Source: an uncultured Verrucomicrobiae bacterium (GTDB lineage Bacteria > Chlamydiota > Chlamydiia > Chlamydiales > Rhabdochlamydiaceae). From it: a stretch of DNA of 64,000 nt. Positions within the stretch are counted from its first letter, which is position 1, and each line of letters starts with the position of its first letter. Location of the stretch: the NCBI GenBank assembly GCA_963818965.1, contig CAWFUG010000009.1, forward strand, positions 160,001-224,000, written 5' to 3'. The notes beneath the pieces are model-generated. The model was given only the letters and a program-made list of their open reading frames with translations, was not told the origin of the DNA and searched no databases. A program made the translations under genes and the position numbers. Shown one piece after another: positions 38,901 to 47,903 of this stretch.

Positions 38901-41001
38901 GTTTTTGGATCTTGCGATTGTAGAAATCGTAGTCCCAAGAAGTGGTATGCTGAACCCCTTCTACTGCTTGTTCTATTTTTTGTTTGAGCCTAGCGTTGGC
39001 GTCGTAGTGGTAAGTGGTCGAGAGACGCTCAGAAAAGTTGCGAGAGGTCTCGAGGTGGCCACGTGCGTTATAGCTATGGGTTGCCGTTTGTCCCAAGCTG
39101 TTGGTCTCTGCGAGGAGATTTCCCGCTTCATTGTAGATTTTGTAGAGGTTGTAGGCATAGTTCCCTTCTGCATCGTACACTTCTTCTTCGGAGATGTTAC
39201 CGTGTGCGTCGTAAGAGAGATGTGTTTTTTTTAGGAGCTTTTCTCCACCTGATTTTAGGGAAGTCTCTTCGATCCATTCGGGCATATGGAGAAAAGGGGA
39301 AGACTGGCGCAGGGTGTATCTTTTCTGCGTTCTTTGTGTCATGCTGCTTAAATCGTCTAGGGACTCTCCGGAGCCATCGTCAGAGATTTCCCGAATGAGT
39401 TGGTGACAATCATCGTAGACGAAAAATTCTCTCAAGAGAATTTCATCTCCTTTTTTTGTCAGTTTGGAAGTGATGAGGTTGGTGTTCGGGAGATACGACC
39501 AGCAGACGACTTTCCCCTCTTCCATTTCTTCTCTTAAAAGAAGGTGTCTTCCCTCGTTTGAAAAAACTCTTCTAATCGTTACAGTCTCTGGATATCCCTC
39601 TCCTGATAAATCTCCGGTAAATGTCTCGACGATGGGGTTGCCAAAGCTATCGTATTCATACGATTTTTTAAACAGCGTGTGTCCGTACTCATCTTTTACC
39701 TCTAGAGAAGCCAACCAATTTCTCTCGTTCCAGAAGAACAATTTTTCCTTTTTGATACTGCCGTCTTGCCCAAAATAGTGGATCGAAGTGGTGAGCAGGT
39801 CCTGAGAGAAATGATAGAGGGTCGATGTCCCATCGCTATTTTTAACGGTGGTCGAGCCTCCTCGGTGCCCTGCTACAGGCGGCACATAGCTGATGTCACA
39901 AATAGGCGCAAAAACATCTTCGAGTCCCACCGGCATCTGAACTTTGCCCACTTTGTAGTGGGGAATCCCCTCACCAAACCCAAAGTTGCCGACATTGAAA
40001 ATTTGATCCTTGCCGTAGCGGTTACATAGAAGAAGGTTCGAACAATACTCTAAACATTCATGGCGGTAGAAGGGGCTACCGACGAAAGTTAAAAGGGGTG
40101 GAGAAAGGGGATGAACCCCTCGCTTCTTGCCATCCTCTTTCCATTTCCAAGAGAACGGGATTTTTTGATAACCATAATCCACTGTTACTCCTGAAGAGGA
40201 GATAAAATGGACGTGTTTTTCTTGGGGAGATCCTGTGACATGAAGAGTCGCGTAGACATAGCGCTCTTGGGGGTCGAGGCTCTCTACACGTTCGAGACAA
40301 CCGCGCGCTGTGTAATGGTATTTGAGGATTTTTCCATTGGGGAGGATTTCTTTTTCGAGCAGGAACATCGCGCCCACCTTGCTTCTAAAGTAGCTCCGCG
40401 TCGTGCCCTCTGGAGAAAAAACTCTGACTTTGTTTCCTTCGATCCATAGGCGCGTGTTTCGAGGATCGTACTTTCCACTCGGTACGTCTCCCACTACGTT
40501 GCTGATCGCGTAAGGGGGATCTACTAGAGAGGTCGTCCCATCAGGAGACCCTGACAAGAGAAAATCGAGCGTCATTCCATTGGAGTCTGAAAGGCGTAAG
40601 CTATATCTACTGGGGTGAGATTGAATGGAGAGCCCTAAGTGGGGAAAAAACTGCCATCCTTTGTAGTTCTTGTGGGCATAGTTGTACAACGCCTGTTTTT
40701 CATATTCTTTTGGATCGATCTTAATCTTTTTATCGTGCTGACGGTGTGGAAAATGACAAGGGATATAAGGAGGAATGTACACGCGGCTTAAAACGATCTC
40801 TTGTGCACCCTTGATGATGAGATCGGTTTCTCTTAAGGCGATTTGTCCTCCTAGGGGACTAACCACTCCTCCGATGAGGTAGGTGGATTCGCTTCTCAGC
40901 GCTGCGATTTGCTCAGGAGTCGAGAGGATGAGATCATCCTCTTCATCGGCAGACGCGATGAGAGTGGCCAAGAGAAAACAGAGCAGACTGATCGTGCGCA
41001 T
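35929..41001 (-). CDS. RHS/YD-repeat polymorphic toxin with Sec-type signal peptide
   Basis: Many YD repeats, RHS core ELGLIYFGRRYYDPRLGRWLTTDP...NLYQYVFNNP...DPDG, about 165-aa C-terminal extension with an HAH motif. Confidence 0.93.
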   Translation of the reverse strand: MRTISLLCFLLATLIASADEEDDLILSTPEQIAALRSESTYLIGGVVSPLGGQIALRETDLIIKGAQEIVLSRVYIPPYIPCHFPHRQHDKKIKIDPKEYEKQALYNYAHKNYKGWQFFPHLGLSIQSHPSRYSLRLSDSNGMTLDFLLSGSPDGTTSLVDPPYAISNVVGDVPSGKYDPRNTRLWIEGNKVRVFSPEGTTRSYFRSKVGAMFLLEKEILPNGKILKYHYTARGCLERVESLDPQERYVYATLHVTGSPQEKHVHFISSSGVTVDYGYQKIPFSWKWKEDGKKRGVHPLSPPLLTFVGSPFYRHECLEYCSNLLLCNRYGKDQIFNVGNFGFGEGIPHYKVGKVQMPVGLEDVFAPICDISYVPPVAGHRGGSTTVKNSDGTSTLYHFSQDLLTTSIHYFGQDGSIKKEKLFFWNERNWLASLEVKDEYGHTLFKKSYEYDSFGNPIVETFTGDLSGEGYPETVTIRRVFSNEGRHLLLREEMEEGKVVCWSYLPNTNLITSKLTKKGDEILLREFFVYDDCHQLIREISDDGSGESLDDLSSMTQRTQKRYTLRQSSPFLHMPEWIEETSLKSGGEKLLKKTHLSYDAHGNISEEEVYDAEGNYAYNLYKIYNEAGNLLAETNSLGQTATHSYNARGHLETSRNFSERLSTTYHYDANARLKQKIEQAVEGVQHTTSWDYDFYNRKIQKQDPFDNVTHYVYNPLVNTVIKTDFPPLASDEGQPIPVTTYCTYDTLGRALTQTDATGNVTTYQYNIYGSPTEILYPDGGKELFRYTKNGKLHTHTQLDGLAIHYTYDVLGRTLSKTYTSPEGKALAEETFAYNGFHLLQETDKEGNLRQHFYDGAGRKIREEFCGKSSEVIYDSLGRVATVCKNNTLFIHYTRDLEGQLLEERHADSSEQTLFKVSYTYDADGNQTSITHYRNGKEAKEIFSYDSFGRHTKKEDPEGHSTKTFYDENCKNTLGQRVLQTTTIDPLLLTRETHDAFAKPVKKETIKDGLIARQEMSYDPHGNLSFRKDLVFENKQLQGTQITQYTYTPCHQIESCTRAFGTQEARTTAYTYFPSGKMATKTPPGGATLSYSYDPLGSLSRLDSSDGSIHHAFTHDRLGHLLEAVDENQNSAIERQVDPSGNVLQESFSNGIEVTKTYDPFNRLITLKMGSLGEVHYSYDPLFLRHVTRLSSNGEFLYQHTYEEYDKGGNLVSEALIGDLGPVIHRINLKEQKISLSSPYFTEECQYDPVGNLTDRTDDGINHHYTYDPLSQLSSENNLTYAHNSLHNRTQKDDTHYATNDLNERINTPYDRNGNQLLLDTPSTSFQLTYDPLNRLIAATSIDQKIAYLYDPLGRRLSKTLYAKTNHGWQETTQEHYLYHGQHEIGALSPRGKLNNLRVLGLGKQKGCPATVGIELGSKVFAPLLDVQGNVRRLVEIKDGKTTHSYDFTAFGEPLQSAVLADFFNPWQFASKRFDPELGLIYFGRRYYDPRLGRWLTTDPAGFVDSTNLYQYVFNNPFRYTDPDGQFVIAIPLVALTVKTLVVALAAAYLAHELEKQDRHSHSSFARNFNAVAHQIVQNIGGVSQYGLNKALDAKKKKEQNTNPFDGPVDDQVFIGDAKGNIIPVPEGHQLGGSKDGKCIQEKDKDGEATGLRKDGKGHPPSPVHQDPRSQNPHAHVPGITNPDGTPWLPIY

Positions 41002-41122
41002 GATACCACTTCCTTACAATTTTTTTGCAGGATGACGTGTCAAGTGTATCTATGCGCGCTCAATTTTTTCCAGATATTTTTGAAATTTTCAGTAGCGCCT
41101 CGCTTCTTTCGTAGGCAAGATC

Positions 41123-41210
41123 TAATACCAATCCTCGAATTTGGCCGATTCATAAGCTCCTGCGATCGTCAAACCGTGGGAGCTTATGAAGCCCTCAAAT
41201 GCATCATTTT
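41123..41210. mobile_element. Degenerate family 1 element
   Basis: Starts taataccaatcctcgaa (as at 29279), contains the ttcataagctcc/ggagcttatgaa stem and ctcaaatgca core end. Confidence 0.65.
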
Positions 41211-41225
41211 CCTTTTTGCAGAGAC

Positions 41226-42101
41226 CTATTTTTTGTTGAATAGGGGAGTGACGGCTCCCACTCCTGTCAGAATAAACAATGCGCCTAGATAAAAAGTCCA
41301 AGTGAACTGTTCTTCTAGGAAAATTGCTCCAAATACCATCGCAAAGATAGGGATGAGAATGAGAGCTAAGGACGCATACGTGGCCCCGCTCAATTGGATG
41401 CTCTTGTAATAAAAGTAATAGGCGAGAACTGTAGAGATTACGGTAAGGGCGAGTATTGACAAAATAGAGGTCATTGAAGGCAGCAATAGACCACCAGGAA
41501 AGTCGATGAAAAGAGCAATAGGAAGCAAAATAAGCGTGGATATGATGAGCTGAAACGTAAGGGCGACGATTGCTGGAACATTTCGAAGATGTATTCTCGC
41601 ATACACAGTCCCGGCCCCTATGCTACAACTCGCAAGAACGACCAGCAACAGCCCCCATTGACTCTCCGTCGTTTCTTGTGAAATAGTCGGCAGATAGATG
41701 AAGCAAAGGCCGATGATTCCAGCGCACAGTCCCATGATCTTCTTTCGCGTCAGCCGTTCATGCTGCCCGAAAAAATGAGCGAGGACCACCGTAACGATAA
41801 GGGCCAAACTGACGAGAAGCCCAGCGAGAGAGCTCGAAATATAGCGCTCTCCCCAGCTAATCAGCGAAAAGGGAATCGCATTTAATGTGAGTCCCATAAC
41901 AGCAAATTGGGGAAGCAGCTTTTTCCACTGCCATAGCTTTTGCTTCTGTATGAGACACAAAAAATAAACGATCACAGACGCAATGCCGACGCGGAGCAGA
42001 GCTATATTAATAGGGGAAACGTCTATAACAGCCAGCTTAATAAAAAGGTAGGCAGGCCCCCAACAGAGCGCACTCAATAATAATAAAATCAACCCTGTCA
42101 T
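41226..42101 (-). CDS. EamA/DMT-family transporter
   Basis: WG..YLFIK, ten hydrophobic segments, PIFAMVFGAIFLEE. Confidence 0.9.
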   Translation of the reverse strand: MTGLILLLLSALCWGPAYLFIKLAVIDVSPINIALLRVGIASVIVYFLCLIQKQKLWQWKKLLPQFAVMGLTLNAIPFSLISWGERYISSSLAGLLVSLALIVTVVLAHFFGQHERLTRKKIMGLCAGIIGLCFIYLPTISQETTESQWGLLLVVLASCSIGAGTVYARIHLRNVPAIVALTFQLIISTLILLPIALFIDFPGGLLLPSMTSILSILALTVISTVLAYYFYYKSIQLSGATYASLALILIPIFAMVFGAIFLEEQFTWTFYLGALFILTGVGAVTPLFNKK

Positions 42102-42114
42102 GAATATCTCCCAT

Positions 42115-42240
42115 TAAGAGCCTGTCTATAATTTCAGCCGTTTTGCTTTTCGCGTCTTTTTGTTTTGATTCGATTCCTCGGTCTAGTTAATTTAACTATT
42201 TCCTGCGGGATCGATTTAATGGCAAAAAATACATCGAAAA
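42115..42240. repeat. Degenerate palindromic / IS-end-like remnant
   Basis: agagcctgtctataatttcagccgttttg resembles 59895 agaatctgtctacaatctcggtcgttttg; followed by a hairpin centred on tagttaa-t-ttaacta. Confidence 0.45.
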
Positions 42241-42396
42241 TGGTTACTATATCTCAATTAGTTTTCAAAAAACCTACAGTTTCTTCAAGTTTTGATTTTT
42301 TCTTCATGGTACAAAACAGCGGATTTATTCGTGTATATCCGTAATATTATACCAAAATATAGGGAATGTCGATAAAAAATCGATTCAAAGCCAAAT

Positions 42397-43113
42397 CTAA
42401 CGCAGTACATAACCACCATCCACACAGAGCGTCGTCCCTGTTACATATCCATTCGAAATGAGATACAACACACCCTGAGCGACCTCATCTGGTACCCCTA
42501 AGCGCTTCAAGGGCAGTTGCTGTGTCAATCGAGTGACGAGCGCCTCTTTTTCCCTTTCCGGCATGCTCGAGAGGCGAGGGGAGTCGATAGACCCGGGAGC
42601 GATCACATTGACTCTCAAGGGAGCCAAGTCCACAGCCAAAGCCCGCGCTAACCCTTCTACTGCGCTGTTGATCGATGCCATGATGGCCATGTGGGGAAGC
42701 GGTCTCTGTCCCAGGACTCCTGAAAAAAAGACGATCGATCCCCCTTGTCGCATATGCGGCACTCCGTGCTTTGCAGCGTAGTATTGCCCCCAGAACTTGC
42801 TATCGAAGCTCTTGCGCGCAATCGTTGCATCCTGGAATGTACCCGGGGAGCTTTCAGCGCCTGGTGTGACCAAATGGTCAAAAGAGCCGACTTTAGAGAA
42901 AAATGCCTCCACGCTCTTTTCATCGTGCGTATCCACGCCAAACTCCTCAGCACCTCCTGGAATCTGCCCCTTAGCCGCTAGCAATCGCTCTGAAGATCTA
43001 CCGCCGATGACGACACGCGCTCCTAAAGAGCCCGCCCGGATCGCCGTCGCGAGCCCTAGCCCTGAACTCCCGCCGATGATGACGATTCTTTGGTTCTCAA
43101 TGATTTCTCGCAT
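42397..43113 (-). CDS. Short-chain dehydrogenase/reductase (atypical, no YxxxK)
   Basis: IIGGSSGLG, SKFWG, LAPLRVNVIAPG, VDGG. Confidence 0.9.
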   Translation of the reverse strand: MREIIENQRIVIIGGSSGLGLATAIRAGSLGARVVIGGRSSERLLAAKGQIPGGAEEFGVDTHDEKSVEAFFSKVGSFDHLVTPGAESSPGTFQDATIARKSFDSKFWGQYYAAKHGVPHMRQGGSIVFFSGVLGQRPLPHMAIMASINSAVEGLARALAVDLAPLRVNVIAPGSIDSPRLSSMPEREKEALVTRLTQQLPLKRLGVPDEVAQGVLYLISNGYVTGTTLCVDGGYVLR

Positions 43114-43474
43114 CGATATACTCCTGTTGAAACTGAATGGATGCCTCCATAATTGCCCGAAATGCAGGAAGGCTGATCTCTATAGGAACCCCTAATTCGA
43201 GAGATTGTTCCACGAGGATTTTTTCCTGATCAGCGACTCTTTTCCGATCATCTGCAATACCAGTCGTCTGAGACTTAATATCTCCCGCGCGTTTGACATA
43301 AGCCGTCCGTTCCGCCAGCAGTTTTAAGATCTCATGGTTGATCCGGTTGATCTCCGTGCGAATACAACCGATATCGTGACAATTTTCCCTTGCCTCCTCA
43401 TAACAAGAACGCATCCGATCTGCATTTAAACCACTGCAGACTACGAGCAAGAATAAGATAGCTTTTGTCATCAC
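43097..43474 (-). CDS. Secreted chorismate mutase (AroQ-type)
   Basis: Signal peptide followed by IRTEINRINHEILKLLAER...K...DRKRV CM_2 pattern. Confidence 0.78.
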   Translation of the reverse strand: MMTKAILFLLVVCSGLNADRMRSCYEEARENCHDIGCIRTEINRINHEILKLLAERTAYVKRAGDIKSQTTGIADDRKRVADQEKILVEQSLELGVPIEISLPAFRAIMEASIQFQQEYIDARNH

Positions 43475-43563
43475 ACACCCTCATTTTGAAATTACTGAAG
43501 CAGAGGGTAGCATGACAATCTTTTTTTACAGAAACTTGAACTTAGAACAGAGTGTAAAGAGGA

Positions 43564-44439
43564 CTAACGTCCCATTACAAGAGTGGCCACATCGTCTGCT
43601 ACAGCATTGACGATGCTATTATGACCGTGATTGGGAACGAGGGCATATTTTACTTTGGCGCCAGAGACCCTCATTAAAGAAGAGCTATAGTTCGGTACGT
43701 GCCAATCGTGTGGAGAAGCGATGAAGGTGTAATCCCTTTTTAGGTTCGTGGTTCTTCTTGCGCGTTTGCAAGCCGTCTCTAATCGCTTCACTCGCTTAGA
43801 ATCTGTAGGCATCTCTTCAGCGATATTCTTGGACAAGAGCCAAGAGGCGTGCAGTTTTTTGGCCCATGTCACCAATGAGGAGCCTTTACAAGCCCCGACA
43901 ATCGACACAAAGCGCAACCGCTTTATCCTTCCCACTCGCCCAGAATTGATGAGTTTGGCTTCAATCGCTCTTGCAATCCTTCCTCCATTAGAAATACCTA
44001 CCAACACGAGTTCTTTTGCCTTTTTTGTTTTCGCCCATTTGACGATGTTTTTAAGAATCGGCGCTACCATTTTATCCAGTTTTGCATTTCCCTTGTCGCG
44101 GATTTTTGGGACATAAATAGCGGATTTTGAATCGTCCTTTTCGACCATCTCGTCGACAATTTTTTTAAATTGTGTAGGATTGTTGTTTAATCCATGCAAG
44201 CAGACGACCAATTTTTTACTCGACGGATGGGTCACAGGGGCTTTTGTATAGCGGGCCATTTGTTTCTCAGCGCCATTAATCGCCAGGAGCGCTTTGTTCA
44301 TATAATATGTAAATATATTTCCAAAACTAGAGAGCGCGCTGATCGCTTTCTCAATCCAAGGCTTCCTCTCAAAACGAGAAATACACGATGAGGGTGTTGA
44401 ATAGTATTTAACTGAACTGTCAGATGGTTTAATTTTCAT
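43564..44439 (-). CDS. Alpha/beta hydrolase (lipase-like), basic, candidate effector
   Basis: LHGL oxyanion motif, GISNGG nucleophile elbow, D..VP and HGH. Confidence 0.75.
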   Translation of the reverse strand: MKIKPSDSSVKYYSTPSSCISRFERKPWIEKAISALSSFGNIFTYYMNKALLAINGAEKQMARYTKAPVTHPSSKKLVVCLHGLNNNPTQFKKIVDEMVEKDDSKSAIYVPKIRDKGNAKLDKMVAPILKNIVKWAKTKKAKELVLVGISNGGRIARAIEAKLINSGRVGRIKRLRFVSIVGACKGSSLVTWAKKLHASWLLSKNIAEEMPTDSKRVKRLETACKRARRTTNLKRDYTFIASPHDWHVPNYSSSLMRVSGAKVKYALVPNHGHNSIVNAVADDVATLVMGR

Positions 44440-44618
44440 TTTTTTGCGTAGTTGTTACTGTGTGACTAAATTATGCAACAACTATTAATTAAGATCGATA
44501 TTAAACGAATCGGCATAAGCAGTTTTTAGAAATATTCCGTTGGGGTAGTAAGAAATTAAAAATTTGATTTTGGGGAAGAGCCCTTAGAGCTCTTCCGGTG
44601 GAAGGAGTGACCCGTGAC

Positions 44619-46691
44619 TTAAGAATTTGTTGAGTCGTCCATCTGCTTCGACGAATAGGGGTATCCAGGCATAGAAGAAATTCGGTTGAGAACAATTCTT
44701 CGGAGATCATCGTCGAGCCTTAATGCCAAAGTCATAGCCTCTTCCCATTGTCCTTTTTTAGCTACGGTCTCTATAATATATCTTTGTATAGAATAGCTCA
44801 TTGGGAGTAACTCGATTTTCTTGGCAAGAAAAAGGAGCATTTCAAATTGCTCATATTCCAGATTATACTTTGCCAATATTTGCTGTATTAGCTCGATGAT
44901 GTCGCCATCTCCTCTTTGAATCTGGAACAGCTGCAATACCACATCCTCAACCTCTTTCCATTTTCCTTTTTCAGCTAGGATTTTTGCGAGGACTTTTAAG
45001 TGCCTTCGTGAAAAGGCCTGATCGCTACATTCGATGATTTTCGTTGTGAGAACGGATGCTTTTTCATATTCATCGCATTCTATCAACATCAGTGCCAGCT
45101 TAGAGGCGAGGGTTTGGTGTTTGTAAATGGTCAGGTCAAGCTGACAGGCTACGGCGAAAGCTTGGTTTGGATCATTTGCTTTCATGAAAAACTCGATTAG
45201 CTCACACCACGTGCTAGACCATTGCTCTACGCTATACGCACTACTACCGCGTAGTATGCGTGGTGCGATTAGCAGCGCTTCCTTGCTTTTTTCCTTCTCT
45301 AACAGTTCCTGGAAGATGTTATAAAGCTTATCTTGCTGCAAGGCTGCATCCGTTATTTTTTCCACACTCTTCATGGCGAAATCATTGAGATCAATATCCC
45401 AATTCTCATGTTCTAAAACAAATAAGACAATATACCCAAAGAAGGGATTTGCTTCTGATGGCGGCAGTTTGCATGCAAGACCAAAAATGAAGTCGAAATG
45501 GCCACGAACAAGCAATGGCAAACTGCTGTCTAATAACATTTTTACCCTTAGAGTTTCACTCCGCTCTTGATTAACAAATTGGAGGGCTAACTCTAAATTT
45601 AAAGGACTGTTCGTGGTCGGTATCTCGTGCATAAGCAGCCCACGTACTATCCAACCCATTCCTTTAAACACATCCTCCCCTCCATTGTTTGGCCCCAGAG
45701 TCTTTACGCTTGGGCTTTTATAACAGATTTTGTAGGCGCACTCGCCTACTCCTGCCTGGAAAAATGGCAGGATTTTTTTAATTATTTTCTGCGCAGATAG
45801 ATCAGTAGAACACAATAGGTCGCAGGAACGGACTACGAGCCAGTGCAATGGAGATGCGATAGAACACGTGAGAGAAGGGGCAGAGAACCGTTTGCGCAGC
45901 TGTTCTAGAGCATCGACGTCACTCTGAAGTAAAAAGTCCGCTAGTTTAACCAAGGTATTGTGTGTGACGCTTCTCAGTTTCTCTTCACTTTCGATGTGAG
46001 GGCTTTCAGGCAACTCGGCAATGGTCATACCCCAGAACTTGTTTAATTGATTTAACTCGCTCTCTATGCGCCGGAATCGCGTTCCCAATAGACAATCTCT
46101 GAAAAAAGAAGAGGTGCACGCTAGAGCTCTTGCATCTTTCTCTTGGGCACAATCTAAGATAATAACATCCCTCATTTCAAAAGGGAGGGTGTCAAAGAGA
46201 TCTTCTCCTCTGTATTGGGCATCCTCCTCTATGCGCTCGACAACGTTATTTTGGAAAATCTGTTTTAGAGCACCATCAGATGTTGGGCTTTTACTCTCTA
46301 TCTCAGAGCTTTCCATTGCAACACCACTGCAAGATTGAGCGGCTGCAATCACTTGTTGCAGAATAGAGATCTGCGCTAGCTTTTGGGGGCGAAATGAGCA
46401 CCGTGAGGTATCGGAGAGCAACTCGATAAAGGTTGCGCTTGAAAGGTCACCGACAGAAAGACCGCGTTTACTTAACTGTGACGGTCCACCGACAGAAGGT
46501 GTCTCCTTATTCAGTTTCTGACACAGAATATTGAGTTTGTTTTGTGTTTCAGCATCGAGAACGTTGTACTGCTCGATCGCAGCCTGAACGTCGCCCCATG
46601 ACAAATCGAAAGCCATCTGGTTCAGTGGGAGTAGTGTTAGGGTAACAGTGGGCTCGATGATATTAAATTGTGTATTTTGAACTAGACTCAT
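44619..46691 (-). CDS. F-box protein with C-terminal helical repeats, candidate effector
   Basis: LFDTLPFEMRDVIILDC...DARALACTSSFFR F-box-like motif; TPR-like helices; AT-rich upstream region. Confidence 0.65.
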   Translation of the reverse strand: MSLVQNTQFNIIEPTVTLTLLPLNQMAFDLSWGDVQAAIEQYNVLDAETQNKLNILCQKLNKETPSVGGPSQLSKRGLSVGDLSSATFIELLSDTSRCSFRPQKLAQISILQQVIAAAQSCSGVAMESSEIESKSPTSDGALKQIFQNNVVERIEEDAQYRGEDLFDTLPFEMRDVIILDCAQEKDARALACTSSFFRDCLLGTRFRRIESELNQLNKFWGMTIAELPESPHIESEEKLRSVTHNTLVKLADFLLQSDVDALEQLRKRFSAPSLTCSIASPLHWLVVRSCDLLCSTDLSAQKIIKKILPFFQAGVGECAYKICYKSPSVKTLGPNNGGEDVFKGMGWIVRGLLMHEIPTTNSPLNLELALQFVNQERSETLRVKMLLDSSLPLLVRGHFDFIFGLACKLPPSEANPFFGYIVLFVLEHENWDIDLNDFAMKSVEKITDAALQQDKLYNIFQELLEKEKSKEALLIAPRILRGSSAYSVEQWSSTWCELIEFFMKANDPNQAFAVACQLDLTIYKHQTLASKLALMLIECDEYEKASVLTTKIIECSDQAFSRRHLKVLAKILAEKGKWKEVEDVVLQLFQIQRGDGDIIELIQQILAKYNLEYEQFEMLLFLAKKIELLPMSYSIQRYIIETVAKKGQWEEAMTLALRLDDDLRRIVLNRISSMPGYPYSSKQMDDSTNS

Positions 46692-46842
46692 TTAACGACC
46701 TGTATTTATTTAAGTTATTCTTCAAATTATACATAAAATAAAACAAATTATCAATTTTAAAAATTTATATAAATAATTAAATTTTTTTTATACAGTATCG
46801 TGTTTTGTTTATGAGTAAGGAAGAAGTTCGATTTCTAAAAGC

Positions 46843-47304
46843 TTAGACGATTTCCTCTACGCGCAGTAGCTCATTAGGTCTTTGCAAGACAGAGGTTTCA
46901 TGGATCTGAGCAATGATTCTCCGCTGTTCAGACCAAGCGAGTCGCCCACGTGCTTCTTCAAATGACAACCACTCGTAAGCGTCGTGTTCTTTGGGAGAAA
47001 GGATAACGTCCATCGTATCGACAAACGCCACAAAAACGGGCACAAAAGTGATCTTGTCACAGCTCTTCATATAGAAAGTCTCAACCGCGTCCGCAGAATA
47101 GAGCTCCCTTGGAACCAGACTCGTCTCTTCCTGAATCTCCCGCAGCGCAGCTTGGGGCGCCGTTTCTCCCTTTAAAACTCCTCCCGAAACCATCTGCCAC
47201 GTTCCTGGCAAGTATTTTCCGCACCGTCGCAACAGCAAATACCGCGCTTGACAGACGATGAAAACAGAAACGCAATGAGGCGCAACAAAAGAAATCATTT
47301 CCAC
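46843..47304 (-). CDS. NUDIX hydrolase (NudB-like)
   Basis: WQMVSGGVLKGETAPQAALREIQEET, EHDAYEWL. Confidence 0.88.
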   Translation of the reverse strand: MEMISFVAPHCVSVFIVCQARYLLLRRCGKYLPGTWQMVSGGVLKGETAPQAALREIQEETSLVPRELYSADAVETFYMKSCDKITFVPVFVAFVDTMDVILSPKEHDAYEWLSFEEARGRLAWSEQRRIIAQIHETSVLQRPNELLRVEEIV

Positions 47305-47840
47305 TCCGCACGTTTTAGGCGGTACAGCACTTGCCGTCTCAACGGATGATCCTCCGCGACTCTAGGATGGTCGAAATCGTCTTGGGGATCGCGGTGCATG
47401 CCGAGTTTCTCCATGACCCTTCTCGAACGCCTATTCTCCACGGCGGTAAAGGAGACGATCTCATCAAGCTCAAGCGTCTCAAAAGCATATTTCAAAGCAG
47501 CCTTCGCCCCTTCCACGGCATAGCCCTGGCCCCAATGCTCAAAAGCCAAGCGCCACCCTATTTCGACCGCAGGTACAAAAGGAGCCTTAAAGTCGACCTC
47601 TTCCAATCCAATCATCCCGATAAAGACATCAGTTTCTGCCAGTGTTACCGCCCAGAATCCCCATCCGCGCCGCGCGATATTTTTCTGACAGCGCTCAACC
47701 ATCCGATCAGATTCCTCGCGACTCATTAGACCCGTATAAAATTCCCTGACCCTAGGATCGGCATTGAGTGCAGCAAAAGGCTCCAAATCTGATTCTCGCC
47801 ATTGGCGCAGGATGAGTCGTTCTGTCTTGATTGCGGACAT
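47295..47840 (-). CDS. GNAT acetyltransferase, RimJ/RimL family
   Basis: TERLILRQW, VEIGWRL..HWGQGYA, N.RSRRVMEKLGM. Confidence 0.92.
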   Translation of the reverse strand: MSAIKTERLILRQWRESDLEPFAALNADPRVREFYTGLMSREESDRMVERCQKNIARRGWGFWAVTLAETDVFIGMIGLEEVDFKAPFVPAVEIGWRLAFEHWGQGYAVEGAKAALKYAFETLELDEIVSFTAVENRRSRRVMEKLGMHRDPQDDFDHPRVAEDHPLRRQVLYRLKRAEWK

Positions 47841-47903
47841 AATCTACCTAAATTTGAGGGGAGGCTTTAAAAAAACCTGCATTCCTGGATAAAAAAATTT
47901 AAA

